Assembly (NCBI GenBank): GCA_963668175.1
Contig: OY764159.1
Location: forward strand, 448,001-512,000
Direction of reading: 5' to 3'
From: Syntrophales bacterium
GTDB lineage: Bacteria > Desulfobacterota > Syntrophia > Syntrophales > PHBD01
Length of the DNA: 64,000 bases
The translations under genes were made by a program, and so were the position numbers. Below, piece after piece: positions 11,421-21,429 of the stretch (its first letter is position 1; each line of letters opens with the position of its first letter). Below the pieces are notes generated by a model, which searched no databases, was not told the DNA's origin, and worked only from the letters and a program-made list of their open reading frames with translations.

Positions 11421-12344
11421 ATGAAACAACCCCGGCCCCAAGCCGAAAGAACGGAAGCCCTGTGGATCCGCGCGAGAATGATCCAGGCCATCCGTTCTTT
11501 TTTTATTGGCGGCGGCTACCTCGAAGTGGAGACGCCGCATCGGATTCCCGCACCGATCCCGGAAGAACATATCGACGTCTTCCGCAGCGAAGACTGGTTT
11601 TTGCACCCCTCCCCCGAGTTATGCATGAAGCGGCTCCTGGCGGCCGGCTATCCCCGGATATTTCAAATATGCCGCTGTTTTCGCGGCGGCGAGCGGGGAG
11701 CCCGCCATCTCCCCGAATTCACCATGCTGGAATGGTATCGCCGGGACGCGGACTACCGCGATCTCATGGAAGAGTGCGAATCGATGATCTCAGACGTCGC
11801 CGGACATTTGAACGGGCGGCCGTCCCTGCGCTACCGGAACAGAGAAATATCCCTGAATCCCCCGTGGGAGAGATTGACCGTCGAGGAAGCCTTCCGGCGC
11901 TTTGCTCCTTTATCTGTAAACGAGGCCCTTCGAGTCGATCGTTTTGACGAACTTCTCGCTATCCACATCGAGCCCTGTCTGGGAACGGAAAAACCAACCA
12001 TCCTTTACGACTACCCCGCCCCATTGGGATCGCTGGCCCGTCTGAAGAGGAAAGATCCGACACTGGCCGAACGGTTCGAAATCTATATAGGAGGACTGGA
12101 ACTGGCCAACGGCTTTACGGAGCTGAACGACGACGCCGAACAGAGACAGCGTTTTTTGAAAACCCAGGAAGTCCGTTCCCGGCTGGGTAAAGCGGCGCAC
12201 CCCCTTCCTGAAAAATTCTTGCAGGATCTCCAGCACTTACCAGATTCGGCGGGCATCGCCTTCGGCATCGACCGTCTTGCGATGCTGTTTGCCGACGCCG
12301 CGGAGATCGACGCCGTCTCCGCATGGACGCCGGAGGAACTCTAG
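11421..12344 (+). CDS. epmA: EF-P lysine aminoacylase EpmA (GenX/PoxA)
   Basis: Class II LysRS catalytic domain only: EVETP, SPELCMKRLL, HLPEFTMLEWY, ELANGFTEL, GIDRL. Confidence 0.94.
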   Translation: MKQPRPQAERTEALWIRARMIQAIRSFFIGGGYLEVETPHRIPAPIPEEHIDVFRSEDWFLHPSPELCMKRLLAAGYPRIFQICRCFRGGERGARHLPEFTMLEWYRRDADYRDLMEECESMISDVAGHLNGRPSLRYRNREISLNPPWERLTVEEAFRRFAPLSVNEALRVDRFDELLAIHIEPCLGTEKPTILYDYPAPLGSLARLKRKDPTLAERFEIYIGGLELANGFTELNDDAEQRQRFLKTQEVRSRLGKAAHPLPEKFLQDLQHLPDSAGIAFGIDRLAMLFADAAEIDAVSAWTPEEL

Positions 12345-12368
12345 CCTGTCTTTTAACACTTTATCCTA

Positions 12369-12397
12369 TTGACAGGGCGAGGTTTATCCTTTAAATG
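12369..12397 (+). promoter_or_regulatory. Candidate sigma70 promoter of tol operon
   Basis: TTGACA at 12369-74 with an AT-rich -10-like box about 17 nt downstream. Confidence 0.4.
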
Positions 12398-12431
12398 TGT
12401 AACCCACATTAAGATTAGCAAGGAGATTCTA

Positions 12432-13175
12432 ATGACTTCAACGATTGCTGCAGATCTGGGGGGGCATTTCCATGGAAGCCTCCTGAGCATGATCCTCGGC
12501 GCCGGCGCCATGGTACAACTCGTTTTGTTCCTGCTCCTGCTGTTTTCAGTCATTTCCTGGGCTATCATTCTGATGAAGTACCGAAGTCTCAACAGGGTAG
12601 CCAAAGAAAATGCCGCATTTTTAAACATTTATATGAAAAGCGGCAAGTTATCGGACATCTTGGCCGAAACGCGGAACATCAAGCAATCCTCGCTTGCGGA
12701 GATATTCCGTGCCGGTTATGCCGAACTTGTTAAAATTACTAAGGTTGCAAAAGAACCATCCCCGTCCCGACGGGACGCCGAAGACGGCGGGTCGGCTATG
12801 GAAAAACAGGCCATCGACAACGTCGAACGGGCCCTCAACATGGCGTGCAGCACCGAGGCGGCAAAACTGGACAACTCCCTCGGATTCCTCGCAACGACGG
12901 GAAGCGCAAGTCCTTTTATCGGTCTCTTCGGAACCGTCTGGGGCATCATGGATACGTTTAAGGGCATCGGCGCCCGGGGCTCGGCGACCCTGGCCGTCGT
13001 GGCGCCGGGCATTTCCGAAGCCCTGATCGCCACCGCCGCCGGCCTGGCTGCCGCGATACCTGCCGTCATCTTCTACAACTACTACCTGAACCGGGTTCGC
13101 AGCATGACGACCGAGATGGATAATTTCGCGGCGGAAATGCTCAATATCATCGAACGGTATTACGTAAAGCGGTAA
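12432..13175 (+). CDS. tolQ: TolQ (MotA/TolQ/ExbB proton channel)
   Basis: LATTGSASPFIGLFGTVWGIM, APGISEALIATAAGL; AGGAG RBS before ATG 12432. Confidence 0.93.
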   Translation: MTSTIAADLGGHFHGSLLSMILGAGAMVQLVLFLLLLFSVISWAIILMKYRSLNRVAKENAAFLNIYMKSGKLSDILAETRNIKQSSLAEIFRAGYAELVKITKVAKEPSPSRRDAEDGGSAMEKQAIDNVERALNMACSTEAAKLDNSLGFLATTGSASPFIGLFGTVWGIMDTFKGIGARGSATLAVVAPGISEALIATAAGLAAAIPAVIFYNYYLNRVRSMTTEMDNFAAEMLNIIERYYVKR

Positions 13176-13217
13176 ATTCCTTCAGGCGAACTTTCTAAAC
13201 AGGTCGAAGATCAGACT

Positions 13218-13640
13218 ATGAAATCGAGACGACACAACGATACATCCCATAAGCCCATGGCGGAAATCAATGTGACACCTCTCGTGGATGTCATGTTGGT
13301 TCTGCTCATCATTTTTATGGTTACGGCACCGATGCTGCAAATGGGAATAGACGTCAATCTCCCCAAGGTCAAATCGAAAAGCGTTGATGTCACGGAAGAG
13401 AAACTCATCCTGACCATAAAAAGCAACGAGGAAATCTACATCAACAAGTCCAAGGCCTCCATAACCGATCTCGGAACCAAGCTGGAAGGCATCTTTGCCA
13501 GCCGGATCGATCGGGAGATCTATATGCGGGCCGACAAGACGGTGCCTTACGGTTTTGTTGTCCAGGTTATGTCCGAAGTACGAAAGGCCGGCGTAGACAA
13601 ACTGGGTATGATCACTGAACCGCCGGAGGAATCAAAATGA
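13218..13640 (+). CDS. tolR: TolR (ExbD/TolR)
   Basis: EINVTPLVDVMLVLLIIFMVTAP, RADKTVPYG. Confidence 0.93.
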   Translation: MKSRRHNDTSHKPMAEINVTPLVDVMLVLLIIFMVTAPMLQMGIDVNLPKVKSKSVDVTEEKLILTIKSNEEIYINKSKASITDLGTKLEGIFASRIDREIYMRADKTVPYGFVVQVMSEVRKAGVDKLGMITEPPEESK

Positions 13641-14386
13641 CAGCATCGCAAGGGCTGATTGCGGGGAATAGTGCTTCCGGAATCAGCCCGGGGATGATCC
13701 TGATATCTCTTTTTCTCCATATCTTCGTTTTAGCGATCGTATTCTTCGTTTCACCATCCCTGTCCTCTCCGAAATTGACTTTCGGGCCCGTCTATTCCGT
13801 GCAGATGGTCAGCCTCCCCGCCAATCTCCTTACGCAGCCTCCAAAGCAGGAGGCGGCCGCCGAGGAATCATTGGCCACAGCCTTGGACCGCCAACCGATC
13901 GTCCTTAAAAAGCAAATCGACGCCATCGCGACGCTCCCCAAGAAAAAAGAAGAAAAGAAGATCGATCGCGATACGCAGAAGGCCCTGGACGAAATCAGGA
14001 AGAGACTGGCCACTTCCGCCAAATCGCCTAATAAAGCACAGGCCAAGAGTAACAGTCTCGGGGCTTTGTCCCAGGTCGGCAACCAGGAAGTCATCGACAG
14101 GATGCAGCTCTATTATGCCCTGATCTGGTCCAGGATTAAGAGCCAGTGGGCCCTGCCACAGAGCATCCTGCGCGGGGAAACCCGGGAGGCTGTTATCAAC
14201 GTGCATATTCTGCGGAACGGCATGATCGCCGATATCGGTTTTGAAAAACGTTCAGGAAACAGCTATTTCGACGACTCCGCCCTGAAAGCCATTAAAAAGG
14301 CGACCCCGCTGCCTCCGCTACCTGAATGGATACGGGACAGCAGCATCGAGATCGGTATACGCTTCCACTCTTCGGACTTGAAATAG
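13637..14386 (+). CDS. tolA: TolA/TonB-family energy transducer
   Basis: TM with SLFLH (SHLS motif), Lys/Glu-rich linker, C-terminal SGNSYFDDSALKAI; lies between tolR and tolB. Confidence 0.82.
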   Translation: MTASQGLIAGNSASGISPGMILISLFLHIFVLAIVFFVSPSLSSPKLTFGPVYSVQMVSLPANLLTQPPKQEAAAEESLATALDRQPIVLKKQIDAIATLPKKKEEKKIDRDTQKALDEIRKRLATSAKSPNKAQAKSNSLGALSQVGNQEVIDRMQLYYALIWSRIKSQWALPQSILRGETREAVINVHILRNGMIADIGFEKRSGNSYFDDSALKAIKKATPLPPLPEWIRDSSIEIGIRFHSSDLK

Positions 14387-14444
14387 GAATGGGCATGATA
14401 ACCGGGGCATCGCCCTCAAACAGAACGAAAGATTGAGTATTTCC

Positions 14445-15758
14445 ATGCAACTTCTTAAAAAATGCGTGACAGCGGCGGCCGTCTTGATCGCGATACTTGC
14501 GGCCGGGAGTCCTTCCTTCGCCAAGGTTTATATCGACATCGATTCGCCGGCATTTCGAAAATTCCCCATCGCCATCGTCGATTTCCAAAAATTAAAACCC
14601 CTTGTCCAAAGGCAGGAAGACCTGTCGGTCTGGTTTGCCGACGGCCTTGCCAAACCGCTTGATATGACGGGATACTTTAACATCATCAACAAAAAAGCCT
14701 TCCTCGAAGATCCGACGACGGCAGGCATCAATGTCGACAGAATCCATTTCTCCGACTGGTCGACCATCGGCGCCGAATATCTCGTCAAGGGCGGTTTTTC
14801 ATATAACGGCCAGCAATTGGTCGTGGAGATGAGGCTCTTCGACGTCATTAAAGAGGAGATTCTCGTTTCCAAGCGTTACAGCGGCACCAGGGAAACGGCA
14901 CCCGACATGATCAAACAATTTGCGGCGGAAATCCTCCTGGCATTAACGGGCGACAGGGGCGTCTTTGACACCAAAATCGCCTTTATTACGAAACACAGAA
15001 CTTCCTCGGATATCTATACGATAGACTTCGACGGAACGGGATTGAGCAAAATGACGAGCAACCGTTCCATCAGCCTGGCCCTCCGCTGGTCCCCCGACGG
15101 CCGCATGCTTTCGTTCACCTCATACCGGGAGGGCAACCCAGATCTTTACACCTTCGACCTGTCGCGCCGGACGACCCGGAAGATAGCTTCTTTCGACGGC
15201 ATTAACCTGGGAGGCGGGTGGTCGCCCGACAGCCGGAAGCTATTGCTGGCGCTGAGCAAGGACGGCAACGAAGAGATTTACGTAATGGATGTAGGAAACC
15301 GGCTGATGACGCGCCTTACATATAACTTCGCCATCGATGTCTCCGGCACCTGGTCCCCGGACGGTCAGAAGATCGCCTTTGTATCGGACCGGGCCGGATC
15401 GCCCCAGATTTACGTCATGGATGCCGACGGAAACAACGTCCGGCGGCTCACCCTTGAAGGCCGCTACAATACCTCCCCGGCCTGGTCGCCGAGAGGGAAG
15501 ACCATCGCCTTCGAAGGTATGGTCGGCGGCCGATACCAGATCTTTACGATCGACGACAGCGGTAGCAATTTGAAGCAACTGACCTCAGAAAAGAGCGATA
15601 ACGAATCTCCCTCCTGGTCTCCCGACGGCCGGTTTATCGTCTTCAGTTCACGCGGCCGCGGCATTTTTATTATGAATGCCGACGGGACCAATATCCGTTC
15701 CCTATACTCGGCCGGCACCAGCGCCTCGCCCTGCTGGTCGCCCCATCTGATGAAATGA
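14445..15758 (+). CDS. tolB: Tol-Pal beta-propeller protein TolB
   Basis: Signal peptide, TolB N-domain, repeated WSPDG (PD40) blades. Confidence 0.93.
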   Translation: MQLLKKCVTAAAVLIAILAAGSPSFAKVYIDIDSPAFRKFPIAIVDFQKLKPLVQRQEDLSVWFADGLAKPLDMTGYFNIINKKAFLEDPTTAGINVDRIHFSDWSTIGAEYLVKGGFSYNGQQLVVEMRLFDVIKEEILVSKRYSGTRETAPDMIKQFAAEILLALTGDRGVFDTKIAFITKHRTSSDIYTIDFDGTGLSKMTSNRSISLALRWSPDGRMLSFTSYREGNPDLYTFDLSRRTTRKIASFDGINLGGGWSPDSRKLLLALSKDGNEEIYVMDVGNRLMTRLTYNFAIDVSGTWSPDGQKIAFVSDRAGSPQIYVMDADGNNVRRLTLEGRYNTSPAWSPRGKTIAFEGMVGGRYQIFTIDDSGSNLKQLTSEKSDNESPSWSPDGRFIVFSSRGRGIFIMNADGTNIRSLYSAGTSASPCWSPHLMK

Positions 15759-16025
15759 CAAACGCGGGCAAGTCTCGTCTGTTTTGCGGCATGGTTGCAG
15801 GATCGACATGCCCATATTGCGCGTATCCTATATACCCATATTACTATTTCCTTTCCAGGTGAATGGTGCTATAGTACGTTCACAACTTACCAATTATCCA
15901 TTACCCAGAACTACTTTACAGTTAGCGATTACCAGTAACAGCTTTCACCTTGTTAAAATGCCGGGATACGATTTAGCGTCGTACTCTGGCAAAAATACAA
16001 AGACTTGTAGAAAGGAGGCTGAGAC

Positions 16026-17444
16026 ATGGTAGAAGAAAAGGGTAAAGTGGCAGAAGTGTCAAAGGAAACGACTCTCGAGCGGTTTGGACTTGGACTTGCC
16101 AACTGGAGTGAAAAATGGTTTCCCGATGCTTGGGTGTTCGCTCTTCTTGGTATCGTTATTGTTTTCGTTTTCGGTCTATTAATTGGTGAAAGCCCCGACA
16201 AGTTGGCGATTGAGGGAGGCAAGTCTTTCTGGGTCTTAATCCCGTTCACGATGCAGATGGCCCTGATCATCATCGGCGGCTATGTGGTGGCGACGACACC
16301 GGCCGTATACGCCGTGATCAAGAAAGTGGCCGGTATTACAACCAACCCACGGGCGGCTATCGCCTGGATTGCATTTTTTTCCATGGTTACGTCCCTCATA
16401 TCCTGGGGACTCAGTCTGATTTTCAGCGGCCTTCTCGTTCGTGAGATGTCAAGAAGAATCAAGGGTATGGATTATCGGGCCGCAGGCGCCGCCGCCTACC
16501 TTGGGTTGGGCGCAGTCTGGGCCCTCGGCTTTTCATCTTCCGCCGCCCTCATGATGGCCACCAAAGGAGCCATACCGCCGAAACTTTACGCCATCAGCGG
16601 CGTTATTCCCCTGACACAGACCTTGATCATCTGGCCGAATTTGTGGACTATCCTCGCCTTATTGGCCGTTTCGATCGTCATTGCCTATTTTTCCGCTCCG
16701 GCTCCCGAACGGGCCAAGACCGTTGACGATTTCGGCCTCCAGTTCGAACCGATCGATACCAGCCTGGAACCCCGGCAGAAACCGGGCGAGTGGCTCGAAT
16801 ACAGTCCGATGCTCATCATCCTGGTAGGCGCCCTGCTTGTCTGGTACCTGATTGATCTCTTCCAGAAATCGCCGACGGGACCACTTGCCGCCCTGGATTT
16901 GAACAACTACAACCTGATCTTTATCACGGTGGGCATGATCCTTCACTGGCGTCCCAAACGTTTCCTCAAGGCCGTCGCCCAGTCCGTTCCGGCCACCGGA
17001 GGCGTCCTCATCCAGTTCCCCTTCTATGCCGTTATCTTCGGCATGATCGTCGGTACGGGCATCAATAAGTGGCTGGCCGATCTCTTTGTCGCTATTACTA
17101 CCAAGGAAACCTACTCGCTTCTTGTCGCCGTCTATTCGGCCGTGCTCGGCGTTTTCATCCCGTCGGGAGGCAGCAAGTGGGTCATCGAAGCACCCTATGT
17201 CCTGCAGGCGGCCATCCAGCATCAGGTCAACCTGGGCTGGGTCGTTCAGATTTACAACGCCGCCGAAGCCGTCCCGAATCTGTTGAACCCCTTCTGGATG
17301 CTGCCTCTGTTGGGTCTGCTGCACGTCAGAGCCAGGGATCTCGTCGGTTACTCGGTCCTCCAAATGGTCATTCATATCCCGCTCGTCTTCTTCCTCTGCT
17401 GGCTCTTCGGTCTGCTCATCCCCTTCGTACCGCCCATGAAGTGA
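16026..17444 (+). CDS. atoE: Short-chain fatty acid transporter (AtoE/TIGR00366 family)
   Basis: WFPDAWVF, FTMQMAL, GVLIQFPFYA, FIPSGGSKW, NLLNPFWMLP; AAGGAGG RBS. Confidence 0.9.
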   Translation: MVEEKGKVAEVSKETTLERFGLGLANWSEKWFPDAWVFALLGIVIVFVFGLLIGESPDKLAIEGGKSFWVLIPFTMQMALIIIGGYVVATTPAVYAVIKKVAGITTNPRAAIAWIAFFSMVTSLISWGLSLIFSGLLVREMSRRIKGMDYRAAGAAAYLGLGAVWALGFSSSAALMMATKGAIPPKLYAISGVIPLTQTLIIWPNLWTILALLAVSIVIAYFSAPAPERAKTVDDFGLQFEPIDTSLEPRQKPGEWLEYSPMLIILVGALLVWYLIDLFQKSPTGPLAALDLNNYNLIFITVGMILHWRPKRFLKAVAQSVPATGGVLIQFPFYAVIFGMIVGTGINKWLADLFVAITTKETYSLLVAVYSAVLGVFIPSGGSKWVIEAPYVLQAAIQHQVNLGWVVQIYNAAEAVPNLLNPFWMLPLLGLLHVRARDLVGYSVLQMVIHIPLVFFLCWLFGLLIPFVPPMK

Positions 17445-17463
17445 CGCTCCTTGCATGAAAAGG

Positions 17464-17496
17464 AAGGGTGCCGCAGTCATACGGCACCCTTTTTTT
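17464..17496 (+). terminator. Rho-independent terminator after atoE
   Basis: AAGGGTGCCG/CGGCACCCTT 10-bp stem followed by a T run. Confidence 0.88.
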
Positions 17497-17685
17497 ATTC
17501 ATTACGCTATTCTCCGCCGCATATTTCCCGCACAGCACCTTTACTGGGCGCGTTCCGGCCGGCCCGGTTCCGGGGTCGATATCCAACGGCAAATACACGA
17601 CCGCAGAGGGCCTAACAAAAAAGATGTAGCATTTTTTGGCGACATTTAATAAATTGTCTTGTTCAATAAATTTGAGGAGAAAGAT

Positions 17686-18537
17686 ATGAATCAAAACGCT
17701 GATCCCACGAGCTTCCATGGGGGATCGAAATATGTCCTGGACGACGAACTGGCGAAAATCGTGAACATCTCCATGGCCTTGGAAATGCCGTTGCTTCTCA
17801 AGGGGGAGCCCGGCACGGGAAAAACCATGCTCGCCCATGCCATCTCGGAAAGTCTCGACCTGCCGCTCATCGTCCTGAACGTCAAATCGAGCATGAAGCT
17901 CATCGACGCCCTGTACCAGTACGACACGTTAACGCGCTTAAACGACAGCCGTTTCGGCGATTCCAAGCGCGACGTGAGTAACATCGAGGAATACATCAAG
18001 ATGGGAAAAATCGGTCAGGCTTTCGTCGCCGAACAACGTACCGTGCTTCTCATCGACGAGATCGACAAGGCCGATACGGATTTTCAGGACGACATGCTCG
18101 ATGTCCTGGACCAGATGCAATTCGATATCATAGAGATCGACAAAACCATTTCGGCGAAACACCGGCCCGTCATTATTATTACGTCCAATGCCAAGAAGGA
18201 TCTTTCCGATCCTTTCCTGGGCCGCTGCAATTTTCACCATATCGCCTTTCCCGATCCCGATATGATGCGCCAGATTATCCATGTCCACTTTCCCAAGGGC
18301 AATAAGGACCTGATCGAGGCCTGCATCAGCGCATTCTATAAAATACGCGATCTGACCGGGATGGAAAAGAAGCCGGCCACCAGGGAGCTGATCAACTGGA
18401 TACGGGCCATCAAAGCCGACCCGGACTTCAAAGTGAAATCGCTTCAGCAGGGTACGATTCCTTACCTGGGTATCCTGTTCAAGAAAAGCGGCGATCTGGT
18501 CAACGCCGGCAGGCAGTTGGCGCGCATGCGTCTCTGA
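17686..18537 (+). CDS. MoxR-family AAA+ ATPase
   Basis: Walker A GEPGTGKT, Walker B LLIDEIDKAD, ITSN, KKPATRELINW; GAGGAG RBS. Confidence 0.92.
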   Translation: MNQNADPTSFHGGSKYVLDDELAKIVNISMALEMPLLLKGEPGTGKTMLAHAISESLDLPLIVLNVKSSMKLIDALYQYDTLTRLNDSRFGDSKRDVSNIEEYIKMGKIGQAFVAEQRTVLLIDEIDKADTDFQDDMLDVLDQMQFDIIEIDKTISAKHRPVIIITSNAKKDLSDPFLGRCNFHHIAFPDPDMMRQIIHVHFPKGNKDLIEACISAFYKIRDLTGMEKKPATRELINWIRAIKADPDFKVKSLQQGTIPYLGILFKKSGDLVNAGRQLARMRL

Positions 18538-18548
18538 GGATTTCCGTC

Positions 18549-19742
18549 ATGTTTGTCAATTTCTTCTACACTCTCAAGGACCAGGGCATACCCGTAACCT
18601 TGACGTCGTTTTTACGTCTGCAGAAGGCATTGGGAATGGGTATGATACAGTCCGTGGAGGATTTCTATACGGCCGCCCGGGCGATCCTGGTTAAAAGTGA
18701 ACGGTATTTCGATACCTACGACCAGGTGTTCGCTCATTATTTCAGAGGCGTCGATCTTCAAGACCCGACCGACCAGGAAATCACCGAGATAGCTAAAGCA
18801 CTGTTGGACGAATGGCTGCGGAACCCGGCCCAGATAGCCGAAGCCCTCGGGGTGGACGTTGCTAAACTGCAGCAACTCTCTCCGGAAGAGTTGATTAAAT
18901 ACTTCTTCGATCGCCTGAAAGATCAGACCGAGGCGCACCACGGAGGCAACCGCTGGATCGGGACGGGCGGTACGTCCCCGGTGGGCCACTCCGGACGTCA
19001 TCCCGGCGGAATGCGTGTCGGGGGGACATCGCGGAACAAATCGGCCATCAAGGTGGCCATGGAGAGACGCTACCGGGACTATTCCCTCGACGGTCCCCTA
19101 ACCGAAGTCCAGATGGGCGAGGCCTTGAAGCGTTTGCGCCGGATGGTGCCCCACGGGCCCAAAGACGTCGTGAACGTGGACAAGACCATCTACGAGACCA
19201 TGCGCAACGGCGGCGAAATCAATATCGTTTTTGACCGGCGTCTTACCGACCGGCTGAAGATCATCCTGATGATCGACAATGGGGGCTGGTCGATGGACCC
19301 CTATATCGCCGTCGTGCAGACGCTGTTCAATTACGCCCGGTCGCAGTTCAAGGACCTAAAGATCTTCTTCTTCCACAATACGGTCTATTCCCGTATCTGG
19401 CAGGACCCCCAGCGATACCTGAAGCCGCTTCCCGTCGGCGATTTTGCCCGCATGGATCCCGATACGCGCCTGATCATCATCGGCGACGCGAGCATGGCGC
19501 CCTACGAGCTTATGCATTCCAACGGCTCGATACATTTGGAAGAGCAAGAAAACAAGCCTAGCCTGGAGCGGCTCAAGACGCTCGCCAGGACGTTCCGCCA
19601 CGCCGTCTGGCTCAACCCCCAATCCGAAGCGGAATGGTCATATACCTGGACGGTCGGCATCGTCCGGCAGGTCTTCCCGATGTACGAACTCACATTGGAC
19701 GGATTGGAAAAAGCGGTTCAGCGTCTCATGGCGAAACACTGA
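18549..19742 (+). CDS. VWA-domain (CoxE-like) partner of MoxR
   Basis: GGNRWIGTGGTSPVG, degenerate MIDAS DNGGWSM, FFHN, IGDASMAPYEL, VWLNP. Confidence 0.85.
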   Translation: MFVNFFYTLKDQGIPVTLTSFLRLQKALGMGMIQSVEDFYTAARAILVKSERYFDTYDQVFAHYFRGVDLQDPTDQEITEIAKALLDEWLRNPAQIAEALGVDVAKLQQLSPEELIKYFFDRLKDQTEAHHGGNRWIGTGGTSPVGHSGRHPGGMRVGGTSRNKSAIKVAMERRYRDYSLDGPLTEVQMGEALKRLRRMVPHGPKDVVNVDKTIYETMRNGGEINIVFDRRLTDRLKIILMIDNGGWSMDPYIAVVQTLFNYARSQFKDLKIFFFHNTVYSRIWQDPQRYLKPLPVGDFARMDPDTRLIIIGDASMAPYELMHSNGSIHLEEQENKPSLERLKTLARTFRHAVWLNPQSEAEWSYTWTVGIVRQVFPMYELTLDGLEKAVQRLMAKH

Positions 19743-19748
19743 CGCCGG

Positions 19749-20288
19749 TTATCGAACGATTTTAAAGATATCCTTGAATTTCTCGTTTTCCGCCGTCTGG
19801 AGCAATTCAAAAAGGACCATCTCCGCGCTGACGATGGCCGCACCGGCATCCCGCATGCGGGCCATGCCGATTTCCCGGTTCCTGGCCGTCCGGGAAGAGA
19901 CGGCATCGGCGACCACGTGGACCCGATAGCCTTCGCCCAGCAGATCCATAACCGTTTGATAGACGCAGACGTGGGCCTCAATTCCCGCCACCAGAATGTC
20001 TTCCCGTTCATACGATTTTACCGCACGCACGAAGTCCGGATTGTTCCAGCAACTAAAACTGGCCTTGGCGATGAGCGAGGCGCCGCTGAAGAGTTCACTG
20101 ATTTCGGGAATGGTCGGTCCCAGCTTATGCGGCGTCTGTTCGGTCACGACGAGGGGGATGTCAAACACGGATACGCCCCGGATGATTTTACGATTGCTTT
20201 CCAGCAAGAAGAGCTTATCGTCCATCGATTGGTATAGGTTGCCTTGAATGTCAATGACGACCAGAACGGTATTGGCAGCGGTCAACAT
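19749..20288 (-). CDS. Isochorismatase-family cysteine hydrolase (YcaC-like)
   Basis: VIDIQ, TEQTP, KASFSC, GIEAHVCVYQT, VADAVSSR. Confidence 0.92.
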   Translation of the reverse strand: MLTAANTVLVVIDIQGNLYQSMDDKLFLLESNRKIIRGVSVFDIPLVVTEQTPHKLGPTIPEISELFSGASLIAKASFSCWNNPDFVRAVKSYEREDILVAGIEAHVCVYQTVMDLLGEGYRVHVVADAVSSRTARNREIGMARMRDAGAAIVSAEMVLFELLQTAENEKFKDIFKIVR

Positions 20289-21244
20289 GATGTAATTTCT
20301 CCTCTTTCTGTCTGATTTGGAACTTCTCGATATTCATAGAGTCGCGGCAGGCCGGCATGGAACAAAGCACTTGTAATCGGTACCCGGGGGATGACGCTGT
20401 GGAGATAACGCGTAGCCTCAAGCAGCGCCTCCATGTCTATGCCCGTTTCTTCTCCCATCTCGTTGAACAGGAAGGCCACGTCTTCCGTCGCGACGTTTCC
20501 GGACGCCCCGGGGGCAAAGGGGCACCCGCCGAGACCGCCTATAGAGCTGTCGAAGGCACGGACCCCTTCATCATATGCCCTGAGCACGTTGGCCAAACCA
20601 AGACCTCGCGTATCGTGAAAATGGGCGCCGAAAGCGACGGCAGGAAAGGCGCCCCGGCAATGCCTGATCACATCGGCGACCTGTTTCGGATTGCCGACAC
20701 CCACCGTATCGCAGAGGGTTATCTCTCGGATGCCCATAGCGGCCACGGCGCCGACACATTTCAAGATGGCGTCCAACGTCATGAAGCCCTCGAAAGGACA
20801 GCCGAATACCGTGGCCAGATCGACCCTGACGACGACATCGGACCCCGCAACGACTTTGTCCATGATGTCCTCCAAGGCTTGCAGCGATTCCTCCGGGGTC
20901 TGGCGGACATTGTTCATGTTGTGGGAACGGCTGACCGAAAAAAAGAAGACGATCTTCCTGATACTGCAGGCGACGGCATCCCTTGCACCCTTAAGATTCG
21001 GAACCATGACGTTCAAGGTCACATCTTCGAGATCGGCAAGGCCGGCAATCACCGCTTCCATATCACGGAACTGGGGTATGGCCCGGGGGTTCACAAATCC
21101 GCCGGCTTGTATCTCCCGAATCCCGCTGGCCGCCAGACGCCTGATCAGGGCAATCTTATGCTCCGTGCTCACGAAGGCTTGCAGGTTCTGTAACCCGTCC
21201 CGGGGACCGACCTCAACGATATGAATCCGTCTTTCCTGCTCCAT
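20282..21244 (-). CDS. Hydroxymethylglutaryl-CoA lyase family (DRE-TIM)
   Basis: EVGPRDGLQN, LCDTVG, HFHDTRG, GGCPFAPGASGNVATED; start at ATG 21244. Confidence 0.9.
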   Translation of the reverse strand: MEQERRIHIVEVGPRDGLQNLQAFVSTEHKIALIRRLAASGIREIQAGGFVNPRAIPQFRDMEAVIAGLADLEDVTLNVMVPNLKGARDAVACSIRKIVFFFSVSRSHNMNNVRQTPEESLQALEDIMDKVVAGSDVVVRVDLATVFGCPFEGFMTLDAILKCVGAVAAMGIREITLCDTVGVGNPKQVADVIRHCRGAFPAVAFGAHFHDTRGLGLANVLRAYDEGVRAFDSSIGGLGGCPFAPGASGNVATEDVAFLFNEMGEETGIDMEALLEATRYLHSVIPRVPITSALFHAGLPRLYEYREVPNQTERGEITSC

Positions 21245-21293
21245 CGACTTCCCGCAATTCCTTCGATTTTTGTCCGTTTCCTTCCTGCGATGC

Positions 21294-21322
21294 ATATTAT
21301 GGGCAGCGGACGGAAATGTCAA
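21294..21322 (-). promoter_or_regulatory. Candidate sigma70 promoter for HMG-CoA lyase gene
   Basis: Minus strand: TTGACA (21322-17), 17 nt spacer, TAATAT (21299-94). Confidence 0.6.
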
Positions 21323-21429
21323 CGCGGAAACGGAACGGGCCTATTATAGATCGCCTAACACTGCCGAAAGGAAAAAACGGCCAAGAATAACCTCTTGACA
21401 AGGGGCAAAATTTGCACTAGGGCAATGCG

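Noticed and set aside
14980..15750. Repeated TGGTCxCCxGAC units
   Set aside because: They encode TolB WSPD propeller blades; not a CRISPR or DNA repeat array.
21245..21322. N-terminal extension of HMG-CoA lyase from TTG 21322
   Set aside because: That TTG is the -35 box of the predicted promoter; homology starts near ATG 21244.
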